Positions 48,646 to 57,123 of a stretch of DNA of 64,000 bases are shown here, one piece after another. Under the pieces are notes generated by a model, which ran no database searches, had not been told where the DNA came from, and was given only the letters and a program-made list of their open reading frames with translations. Numbering within the stretch: the stretch's first letter is position 1; every line of letters begins with the position of its first letter. The position numbers and the translations under genes were made by a program. The DNA comes from an uncultured Bacteroidales bacterium (lineage in GTDB: Bacteria > Bacteroidota > Bacteroidia > Bacteroidales > UBA932): assembly GCA_947167015.1 (NCBI GenBank), contig CAMVGM010000004.1, forward strand, positions 9,794 through 73,793. The letters run 5' to 3'.

Positions 48646-49596
48646 ATGAGTTCCAAATCTTTTTTCCCCATTCTGGCGGCCGTCTGCATCCTCGCCGGAT
48701 GCGCCCGCAGCGGCTACGTCACCTTCACCGGATACGCCCAGGGCGGCACCTACAGCGTCAAGGCCGACCTCACGGGGGTGAGCGTCCCGCGCGAGGAGAT
48801 CGGCGCGACGATCGACTCGTTGCTGACCGGCATCGACTTCAGCCTGTCCGGCTACAACAAGTCGTCCCTGCTGAGCCGCTACAACGCCGGGGAGGAGATC
48901 ATCCCGGACCGCTTCTTCACCGAAGTGCGCGCCCTGTCGGACCGCTACAAGGCGGAGACCGGCGGCGCTTTCGACGTCACCGCGGCCCCGCTCTTCGACA
49001 TCTGGGGGTTCGGTTTCACCGCCGACAGCCTGCCCGACCCGGAGCGCGTGACCGCCGCCCTGGCCGCCTGCAAGGAAGAGAAAGTACTGAATTTCAACGC
49101 AATCGCCCAAGGATACACCTGCGACGTGGTCGCCGGCTATCTCCATTCCCTCGGCGTGAAGAACATGCTGGTGGACATCGGAGAGATCTTCTGCGAGGGC
49201 CTCAACCCCGCCGGCCGGGGCTGGACGATCGGGGTGGACAATCCTGTGGACGGCAACGACACGCCCGGGGCGGACATCAAGGGCATCTGGGAGTCGGACG
49301 GAAGTGCCTGCGGCATCGTCACCTCCGGCAACTACCGGAAATTCTACGTCAAGGACGGAAAGAAATACGCCCACACCATCGATCCGCGGACGGGCTACCC
49401 CGTGACGCACGGCCTGCTCAGCGCCACCATAGTGGCCCCTACGGCCGCCGAGGCGGACGCTCTGGCGACGGCCTGCATGGTCCTCGGCCCGGAAGGGGCC
49501 CGCGAACTCATCCTGTCCCGGCCGGAACTCGAAGGCTACCTGATCACCGGGGACGGCACCTGGGCCTCGGACGGCTTCGCCGCCCGGTCCCGGTAA
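48646..49596 (+). CDS. apbE: FAD:protein FMN transferase ApbE
   Basis: Lipobox LAGC; GAFDVT..PL..WGF, NAIAQGY, TSGNY, HTIDPRTG, ADALATA. Confidence 0.95.
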   Translation: MSSKSFFPILAAVCILAGCARSGYVTFTGYAQGGTYSVKADLTGVSVPREEIGATIDSLLTGIDFSLSGYNKSSLLSRYNAGEEIIPDRFFTEVRALSDRYKAETGGAFDVTAAPLFDIWGFGFTADSLPDPERVTAALAACKEEKVLNFNAIAQGYTCDVVAGYLHSLGVKNMLVDIGEIFCEGLNPAGRGWTIGVDNPVDGNDTPGADIKGIWESDGSACGIVTSGNYRKFYVKDGKKYAHTIDPRTGYPVTHGLLSATIVAPTAAEADALATACMVLGPEGARELILSRPELEGYLITGDGTWASDGFAARSR

Positions 49597-49648
49597 GGGA
49601 ATTCCGCGAATTTGATTATCTTTGCATTTTGTCATCCAATCTGTCATT

Positions 49649-50323
49649 ATGGAACCAAACGATATTTCCCAATCACTCGATTACAATACTTCCCGGGAGC
49701 GCCTCGCGATGCCCGAATACGGCCGCAACGTGCTCAAGATGGTGGACCAGCTCCGCGAGATTCCCGACCGGGCCAAGCGCACTGAGCAGGCCTACGCAAT
49801 CGTCAAGGTGATGGAGCTGCTCAACCCGCAGGTCCATACCCAGGACAACTACGCGCACAAGCTCTGGGACCATCTTTATATGATCGCCGGCTACGACCTG
49901 GACGTCGATTCGCCCTGGCCCTGCCCCGTGGCGGAGGAGTTCACCACCGATCCCGTGCCCATCCCGATGAAGGGATCCAAGATCAAGGCCTTCCATTACG
50001 GCCGCAATATTGAGAGCATCATCAACCTCATCTGCGAGCAGCCGGAAGGCGAGGTCAAGACCGAGCTGATCCGCTCGCTGGCCATCTACATGCGCCAGCA
50101 GTACCTGATCTGGAACAAGGACAGCGTGGCCGACGAAACCATCTTCGCCGACATCGAGAAACTCTCCGACGGCCGCATCAAGGTCCCCGAAGGCATCAGC
50201 CTCAGCAAGATCTCGGGCGACGCCAACTTCTCCCGGCCCGGCATGGGCATCAACGTGGGGCAGCCCGGCGGCCAGCGTAACAAGCAGCGCAAGAACTTCA
50301 AACGGCCCTACAAGAAGAAATGA
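49649..50323 (+). CDS. DUF4290-family protein
   Basis: LDYNT.R..L.MPEYGRNV, HKLWDHL, HYGRNI, WNKDSV. Confidence 0.88.
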   Translation: MEPNDISQSLDYNTSRERLAMPEYGRNVLKMVDQLREIPDRAKRTEQAYAIVKVMELLNPQVHTQDNYAHKLWDHLYMIAGYDLDVDSPWPCPVAEEFTTDPVPIPMKGSKIKAFHYGRNIESIINLICEQPEGEVKTELIRSLAIYMRQQYLIWNKDSVADETIFADIEKLSDGRIKVPEGISLSKISGDANFSRPGMGINVGQPGGQRNKQRKNFKRPYKKK

Positions 50324-52731
50324 GATTCAGAATCTGGAAATCCTGGGACGAAGAGGAACGGGCGGCGGCCGTGCGCATAGCGGGGCTGTGCGTCGCCGCG
50401 CTCACGCTCTTCATCTTCATTTCGACCTTCTCCTACCTCTTCCACTGGCAGGAGGACATGAGCCTCCTGGGCGACCCGGACGCGATGGACGCGGGCCGCA
50501 AGGTGGGCAACGCCGCCGGCAAGCTCGGTTTCCGGACCGGCCATCTGCTGGTGTGCGACCTCTTCGGGCTGGGCAGTTTCTCGCTGCTGATCATCCTGGC
50601 GGCCGTCTCGGTGCGCCTGCTGGCCCACCGCTGGCCGAATTCCCTGGTGAAGACCACGCTCATCGCCCTGTTCGGCGCCTTCTTCTCCTCGCTCGTGCTC
50701 GCCTTCATCGGCAGGGTCGCGGGCCTGCAGACGCTGTTCGGCGGCGGCCTCGGCGGACGCTGCGGCGCCTCCGTCGTGCAATGGAGCGAAAACCTCTTCG
50801 GGCCCATCGTCACGGGCCTGTTCATCGTCATCCTCGCAGCCGCTTTCCTCTTCTTCGCTTCCAAGCGTTTCAACCGCTGGTTCGCCTCGATCGGCGTGAA
50901 GAAGGAGAAACCGGAGCCCGAACCGGAAGCGCCCGAAACACCTGAGGAACCCGTGCTGTCCGATCCCGTGGAACCGGAACCGGTGGAGCCGGAACCGACC
51001 GTGCAACCCGAACCCGCCGTCGCAGCCCTCGCCGCGGAACCGAAGAAGAAACCTGAGAAGAATCAGCCCGAGCCCGGCACCGAAAACCCGGAGGGCGGTT
51101 TCGAGATCGTCCAGGACGAGGGGCTCGAGAGCGAGAACGTCGAGGACCTCAAGCCCATCGACAACCGCCTGGACCCGCCGGACGGCCTGCCGAAATACAA
51201 ATTCCCGTCCCTGGACCTGCTGGAGAGCTATTCCAGCGGCCGGCGGGAGGTGTCCACGGAGGAGCTTACGCGCAACAACAACAAGATCCGCGCGGCGCTC
51301 GCCAACTACAAGATCCAGGTCAACGACGTCAAGGCCATCGTGGGCCCGACCGTCACCCTGTACAAGGTCTATCCCGCCCCGGGCGTGAAGATCGCCGACA
51401 TCAAGAAACTCCAGGAGGACATCGCCCTGTCGCTGAACGCCAAGGGCGTGCGCGTGATCACCCTGTCCGACGCGGTGGGCATCGAGGTCGCCAACGACTA
51501 CTCTTCCATCGTCCCGCTGAAGGCCCTGCTGAACGACGACGCCTTCCGCAGCAGCAAGGCGGACCTGCCCGTCGCCATCGGCTATACGATCACGCAGAAA
51601 GTGCGCGTATTCGACCTCGCGGACGCCCCGCACCTGCTCATCGCCGGTGCGACCAAGCAGGGCAAGTCCGTGGGCCTCAACGTCATCGTGTCCTCGCTGC
51701 TCTACAGCAAGCACCCGTCCGAACTGAAGTTCGTCTTCATCGACCCGAAGATGGTCGAGTTCTCCGCCTACGGGCAGCTCCTCAAGCACTACCTCGCCGT
51801 GCTGCCCGACGCCGCGGACGAGGAGGAAGAGCGCTCCAACGCCATCGTCAAGAAACCCAAGGACGCCGAGAAGATCCTCCGCTCGCTGTGTACCGAGATG
51901 GACGACCGCTACGAACTGCTGAGCAAGGCGGGCGTCAACAAGATCACCCTCTACAACGAGAAGTTCAAGGAGCGCAAGCTCCGTCCGGACCACGGGCACC
52001 GTTTCCTGCCTTATCTCGTGGTGGTGGTGGACGAGTATGCCGACCTGACCATGACCACGGGGGCCGCTCCGGAGGCGCGCGCCGCTTCCCGCAGCATCAC
52101 CAATTCGATCATCCGCCTCGCCCAGAAGGGCCGCGCCGCCGGCCTGCACGTGATCCTCGCGACCCAGCGTCCTTCCGTGGACGTGATCTCGGGCATCATC
52201 AAGAGCAACTTCCCGATGCGCATCGCCTTCCGCGTGGCTTCCCGCGTGGACTCCACGACCATCCTCGACGCCCCGGGCGCCGAGAAGCTGATCGGCCGCG
52301 GCGACATGCTGTTCTCCGCCGGCATCGAGTCCGAGCGTATCCAGTGCGGTTATATCAGCGGCGAAGAGATCGACGCCGTGACGGAGTTCATCGGTTCGCA
52401 GACCGGTTACGGCCGCTGTTACAATACGCCGTATTACCTCCCGTCTCCCGAAGAGGCGGGGCCGGAGGGCGGCGAAGGCGGCATGGTGGACATGGCCAAG
52501 ATCGACGATCGTTTCGAGGAGGCCGCGAAGATGGTGGTGATCAGCCAGCGCGGTTCGACTTCGGATCTGCAGCGCAAGCTGGGCATGGGGTATGCGAAGG
52601 CCGGGCGCGTGATGGATCAGCTGGAGGCCGCGGGTATCGTGGGGCCGCAGGAGGGTTCCAAGCCCCGCCAGGTCCTCGTCTCCGACCTCAACTCTCTCCA
52701 GCCTATCCTGGATTCATTCTTACATCGGTAG
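50320..52731 (+). CDS. ftsK: DNA translocase FtsK
   Basis: 4-TM N-domain, PE-rich linker, PHLLIAGATKQGKS, DEYADL, ATQRPSVD, GAEKLIGRGDML, gamma domain. Confidence 0.97.
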   Translation: MRFRIWKSWDEEERAAAVRIAGLCVAALTLFIFISTFSYLFHWQEDMSLLGDPDAMDAGRKVGNAAGKLGFRTGHLLVCDLFGLGSFSLLIILAAVSVRLLAHRWPNSLVKTTLIALFGAFFSSLVLAFIGRVAGLQTLFGGGLGGRCGASVVQWSENLFGPIVTGLFIVILAAAFLFFASKRFNRWFASIGVKKEKPEPEPEAPETPEEPVLSDPVEPEPVEPEPTVQPEPAVAALAAEPKKKPEKNQPEPGTENPEGGFEIVQDEGLESENVEDLKPIDNRLDPPDGLPKYKFPSLDLLESYSSGRREVSTEELTRNNNKIRAALANYKIQVNDVKAIVGPTVTLYKVYPAPGVKIADIKKLQEDIALSLNAKGVRVITLSDAVGIEVANDYSSIVPLKALLNDDAFRSSKADLPVAIGYTITQKVRVFDLADAPHLLIAGATKQGKSVGLNVIVSSLLYSKHPSELKFVFIDPKMVEFSAYGQLLKHYLAVLPDAADEEEERSNAIVKKPKDAEKILRSLCTEMDDRYELLSKAGVNKITLYNEKFKERKLRPDHGHRFLPYLVVVVDEYADLTMTTGAAPEARAASRSITNSIIRLAQKGRAAGLHVILATQRPSVDVISGIIKSNFPMRIAFRVASRVDSTTILDAPGAEKLIGRGDMLFSAGIESERIQCGYISGEEIDAVTEFIGSQTGYGRCYNTPYYLPSPEEAGPEGGEGGMVDMAKIDDRFEEAAKMVVISQRGSTSDLQRKLGMGYAKAGRVMDQLEAAGIVGPQEGSKPRQVLVSDLNSLQPILDSFLHR

Positions 52732-52741
52732 TCCTGTTACG

Positions 52742-52962
52742 GCAGCGGCAAGCTTGCCCTCCGGAAGAGCAAAGAAAACGTCCTCGCTTCGCTGCGGAAA
52801 TGCTCTCCGGAGGGCAACTTGCCGCCGGCCCGCGAGGTTTCGGAGCAGCGCGACGCAGGGGAGTTTGAGGGGGAACGCCCCCTCAATGATGGAGGCTTGC
52901 CTGCCCGCGAGAGTTAGGAGCGAAGCGACGCAGGGGAGTTTGAGGGGGTACGCCCCCTCAAT
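52742..52962. repeat. Orphan REPIN/BIME-like intergenic element: long hairpin plus two tandem motif-C units
   Basis: GCGGCAAG-TTGCCCTCCGGA(A)GAGCA...TGCTCTCCGGAGGGCAA-CTTGCCGC; tandem units 52818-52887 and 52896-52962. Confidence 0.85.
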
Positions 52963-52982
52963 TGTTCAGGCGGTTACCCGCC

Positions 52983-53867
52983 CTATAGGGCGGGGATGAC
53001 GACCTGGTAGGTCTTGGCGGCCTTGTTGGTGAGGTGGTCGCTGCGGAGCCAGAGATTGGCTTCTTTCAGGAAGAAATAGGTGGAGCCGTGCTCTTCGGCG
53101 AAGTCCGTGAAGTTGGGGATGGGGCCGCTCACGCTGACGGTTTCCTTGGCCGGGATGACGGGATAATAGTCCCCGTCTTCCAGGTGGAAGCCGAAGGCCT
53201 CCGGATTCTCGAAGAACATCTTGGCCACCAGGATGCGGAACATGTAGCGGGAGGTCTCCGTGACGAGGAACAGGTCCATCGCCCGCTTCTGCCGCTGGTC
53301 CGAAAGGCGCTTGGAGATGCCGCCCTGACCGGCGTTGTAACTGGCCGCGACGGTCATCCAGTCGCCGTATTTGGCATAGGCCTCCTTGAGATACTTGCAG
53401 GCGGCCGCCGTCGATTTCTCGATATGATAGCGCTCATCCACCTCGTCCCCCACCTCGAGGCCGTACTGGCGGCCGGTGGCCTTCATGAACTGCCACAGGC
53501 CGGCGGCTCCCGCCGAGGAGTAGGCCTTGGGGTCGAGGTTGCTCTCGATGGCCATCAGGTACTTCAGGTCCTCGGGCACGCCGTTCTTCTGCAGGATCGG
53601 GACGATCTGCGAGAAGATGCGCCGGGAGCGCTTGAGCATCAGCGTGGAGTTGGTGTGGCCGTAGGTGAAGTTGATCAGCTCCCGGTCCATCCGCTCATAC
53701 AGGTCGGGACGGTCGAAGCGAATCGTCTGGCCGGCGAACTCGATGTATTCGGGGACTTTGGGCGCCTGGAAGTGGATGTCTTCCGGGATATAGACATATT
53801 GGGCGCGCATCTGGACCGGCAGGCAGAGGCTGCAGGCCAGGAGGAGGAGGGCTAACGGTCGGTTCAT
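52983..53867 (-). CDS. Lytic transglycosylase (SLT domain, MltD-like)
   Basis: KYLMAIES, GAAGLWQFM, DERYH, ASYNAG, ETSRY. Confidence 0.93.
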   Translation of the reverse strand: MNRPLALLLLACSLCLPVQMRAQYVYIPEDIHFQAPKVPEYIEFAGQTIRFDRPDLYERMDRELINFTYGHTNSTLMLKRSRRIFSQIVPILQKNGVPEDLKYLMAIESNLDPKAYSSAGAAGLWQFMKATGRQYGLEVGDEVDERYHIEKSTAAACKYLKEAYAKYGDWMTVAASYNAGQGGISKRLSDQRQKRAMDLFLVTETSRYMFRILVAKMFFENPEAFGFHLEDGDYYPVIPAKETVSVSGPIPNFTDFAEEHGSTYFFLKEANLWLRSDHLTNKAAKTYQVVIPAL

Positions 53868-53887
53868 ATGGCAAAGATGCAAAAAAA

Positions 53888-54328
53888 TCAGCGCAAATCC
53901 GTGACCACCCAGGAAGAATCCAGGGCGGACGTATCGAAGCTGAAGGCCGACAGGTCGCCGGACAGGGGCAGGTACTTCAGCTCGGAGAGTTTCAGTTCCG
54001 TCAGGGAATCGCGGTAGTACAGGAGTTCCTCGAGGCCGCCGGAGGTCTCGACATAGACTTCCTTCGACGCCGGATCCACCGTCCAGCGGGTGGTGCCGTC
54101 GCAGTAAATCTCCATCCCGTTGCCCCGGGCGCTGTAGCACTCACCCTGGACGAGCAGGGTGCCGGACAGCTTCAGCGGGGCGTCCTGCGTGAAGGTGCAG
54201 TCATAGTGCAGCGAGATGCGGCTGTCGCCCAGGTGCGAGGCAATCTCGGTGACCTGTTGCATGTCGATCTGGGCCGCCGCCGTCAGGGGCAGCAGCAGGG
54301 CCAGCAGGGGAATCATCCATTTTCTCAT
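53888..54328 (-). CDS. LolA-like periplasmic protein (short)
   Basis: Signal peptide; GTLLVQG, YCDGTTRW..EVYV, FSFD..VTDLR. Confidence 0.7.
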   Translation of the reverse strand: MRKWMIPLLALLLPLTAAAQIDMQQVTEIASHLGDSRISLHYDCTFTQDAPLKLSGTLLVQGECYSARGNGMEIYCDGTTRWTVDPASKEVYVETSGGLEELLYYRDSLTELKLSELKYLPLSGDLSAFSFDTSALDSSWVVTDLR

Positions 54329-57123
54329 ATCACATTCTCGGTTTTATCATCTTCCACATACCAGATGTATGCTCCACGGACTTCATATCCAAGTTCGTGC
54401 CAGAGCCGGGCATAGCGGCGCAGCTGCCGGCGGTAGGCATCTTCTTCCTGGCCGAACTTGTAGTCCACGATGACGGCCTCCCGGTCGCGGAGGACGACGC
54501 GGTCCGGGCGTTCCACCCGGCCGGAGGCATCGAAGACGTCCTGTTCGTTGACCACCTGCACGTCCGGGCCGGGATTCTCCGAGAACCACTCCGGATGGGC
54601 GGCAATCCGCTCCCGCAGCAGCGTGCGGGCCGCTTCTGCGCCCGGGGCGTCCAGCCGGCCGTCGCGCAGGGCGGCGTCCACGGCGGCGTCCAGATCCGCC
54701 GGCGCCTTCACCCCGGAGAGGATGTCGTGCAGCACGATACCGCGCAGGCGCGCCGAAGCATCCGCTCCCGTGGTCCCGTCGGGACCGAAGAAGTCGGCGG
54801 CATCCGGCGACGGGGCGAGCCGCCCACCGAGCGGGATGGACGGGAACGCCGCGGGGAAGATCTCCGCACCGGCCTCTTCTTTCCGCTCCATCCGGCTGAA
54901 ATCATAGGGCGCCCCGCTGCGGAACTCGTCCGCACCGTTCAGGAAAAGGTACAGCACTTCCGCGAAGTGGCCGGGCTCGGCCTTCTTCTTCTTCATCGCT
55001 TCCTGGAAGGTCTTCGTGGCCGGTTTCGCGATCACGTGCAGGCATTTCTCCGCCCGCGTCATCGCCACGTAGAACAGGTTGATGTTGTCCACCAGCTGCA
55101 TCCGGCGCTCGGTACGGACCGCATCGGCGAAGTCGCTCTGCTCGGCCAGCGAATCGAGCGGGACCGGATAGATTCCTCCGGCCGCTTCCTTCAGGGTGGT
55201 CGCCTCCGGATCGAGCCGGCACCAGTGCGTACCGGCTTTGTACAGGCCCACCTTGTCCGCATAGGGGAAGATCACGTAAGGGAACTGCAGGCCCTTGGAC
55301 TTGTGGATGGTGAGCACGCGCACAGAAGATGCGTCGTCGGGCGAACCGATATAGGCCGTTTCCCGCTCTTCCCAGGCCTTGAGGAAGTAGCGCAGGTTGT
55401 TGCCGTTGGCCCGGGTCCAGTCCTGCAGTTCGTCCATGAAGGCCTGCACGAAAAGGATCTGCCCTTCGAAGGAGGCGGGGTCCCAGGCCTGCAGGGAACG
55501 GACCAGCTGCTCGCAGAAGTCCACCAGGGAGTGGTATTGCGAAGGGAATTCCAGCTCCATCGACCGCGCCAGGAAACTGCCGACCGTGTCGTCCGGATTG
55601 TCGTAGTACTTGAGCAGGGAGACCAGGCGCCGCACCGCCGGCGAAGCCTTCAGGTCCAGCGAATCATCGGAAATGACGGGCATGTCCGCCGCGATCAGAC
55701 AGGCCGCCAGCCGCGCTCCCTCCTGCTTGTTGCGCACCAGGATGGCGATGTCGTCCCAGCGGGCGCCGGCATCGCGCGCCGCCCGGACCGATTCCAGCAC
55801 CGCGGCGTCCTGGTCTGCGCGGTAACTCACCTGCACGGAACCCCGCTGTGTCTCTTTCTTCCGCATCACTTCCGGTTTCTTCTCGGCATAGATTTCCTCC
55901 AGCCCCAGCAACTGCGAAGCGAAGGTGAAGAAACGGTGGTTGAAGTCCACCACCTCCTCGGTGCTGCGCCAGTTGCCTTTCAGCGGCTCCACATCGGCAT
56001 CCGGGAACGCCCGGAGCACCTCTTCGCCCAGCAGCCGCCAGTCGGAATCGCGGAAACGGTAGATGCTCTGCTTCACGTCGCCCACGACCAGGTTGTCGCC
56101 GCCGTGCGACTCGCTTTCCCGGAGCAGGGGCAGGAAGTTGTCCCACTGGATGTGGGAGGTGTCCTGGAACTCGTCCAGCAGGAAATGCTCGTAGCGGACG
56201 CCCAGCTTCTCATACACGAAGGGGGCGTCGGACCCGGCGATGATGTCCCGCAGGAGGGTGTTGGATTCATCCAGGCACATCAGGTTCTTCTCCCGGAGCA
56301 GTTCATCGAAGGCGCGGTAGAACTCGCCCGCGAAACCCAGCTGGAAGAGCATCTTGTCCAGGATCCACGCCGTGCAGTACGGGCGGTAGGAGGCATCTTC
56401 GAACAGTTCCGGCAGACCGGGCGTGCTCTTGATCAGTTTGGTCTTGTTCTTCGGGCTGATCACCTTGCCCTTTTCCACCGGGAAGCCCAGTGCCTGGGCG
56501 CGCTGCGTGAAATCGCGGATGACGCCGCGGCACTCCCGGCGGATCCGGCCGAGACGCTCCTTGCCGAACGCCTCCGCGTCCGAGATGCCGTAGCGCTGCA
56601 CCAGGTCCCGGTGCTCGTCGTTCTTCAGCAGTTTGCCGACGTCCTTCAGGCCCTTGTCCAGGGAGAAACGGTCCCCCTGCAGGAGGGTCTCCTCCAGGGC
56701 GGCGCGGATCCACGACAGGAGTTCGCGGTCGTCCTCGGTCAGCGAATCCAGGATGCGGTCCATCGTTTCCAGGATCAGCGCATCCTTGTCCAGCTCGATC
56801 TGGTAATCGGCGAACTGGCCCAGCTCGCGGGAGAAGGCCTTCAGCGTCCGCTGGAAGAAGCGGTCGATCGTGCTGACGGAGAAGGCGCCGTAGTCGTGCA
56901 GCAGTTCGGTGAGCCGCCTGCGTGCGGCGGGATCGGTCTTCGCGAGTTCCGCGAGGTCGGACAGGATCCTGTCCTTCATTTCGGCGGTGGCCTTGTTGGT
57001 GAAGGTCACGGCCAGGATATGGCGGTGCCGGAACGGTTCCCGGTCCTTCAGCAGCAGTTCCAGATAATGCTTGGAGAGGCGGTAGGTCTTGCCCGACCCG
57101 GCGCTGGCTTTCAAGATCTTCAT
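54325..57123 (-). CDS. addA: AddA-like UvrD helicase/nuclease
   Basis: ASAGSGKT, TFTNKA, DEFQD, GDVKQSIYRFR, NWRS, TIHKSKGL, YVAMTRA; C-terminal RPDR..DYK. Confidence 0.9.
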   Translation of the reverse strand: MKILKASAGSGKTYRLSKHYLELLLKDREPFRHRHILAVTFTNKATAEMKDRILSDLAELAKTDPAARRRLTELLHDYGAFSVSTIDRFFQRTLKAFSRELGQFADYQIELDKDALILETMDRILDSLTEDDRELLSWIRAALEETLLQGDRFSLDKGLKDVGKLLKNDEHRDLVQRYGISDAEAFGKERLGRIRRECRGVIRDFTQRAQALGFPVEKGKVISPKNKTKLIKSTPGLPELFEDASYRPYCTAWILDKMLFQLGFAGEFYRAFDELLREKNLMCLDESNTLLRDIIAGSDAPFVYEKLGVRYEHFLLDEFQDTSHIQWDNFLPLLRESESHGGDNLVVGDVKQSIYRFRDSDWRLLGEEVLRAFPDADVEPLKGNWRSTEEVVDFNHRFFTFASQLLGLEEIYAEKKPEVMRKKETQRGSVQVSYRADQDAAVLESVRAARDAGARWDDIAILVRNKQEGARLAACLIAADMPVISDDSLDLKASPAVRRLVSLLKYYDNPDDTVGSFLARSMELEFPSQYHSLVDFCEQLVRSLQAWDPASFEGQILFVQAFMDELQDWTRANGNNLRYFLKAWEERETAYIGSPDDASSVRVLTIHKSKGLQFPYVIFPYADKVGLYKAGTHWCRLDPEATTLKEAAGGIYPVPLDSLAEQSDFADAVRTERRMQLVDNINLFYVAMTRAEKCLHVIAKPATKTFQEAMKKKKAEPGHFAEVLYLFLNGADEFRSGAPYDFSRMERKEEAGAEIFPAAFPSIPLGGRLAPSPDAADFFGPDGTTGADASARLRGIVLHDILSGVKAPADLDAAVDAALRDGRLDAPGAEAARTLLRERIAAHPEWFSENPGPDVQVVNEQDVFDASGRVERPDRVVLRDREAVIVDYKFGQEEDAYRRQLRRYARLWHELGYEVRGAYIWYVEDDKTENVI

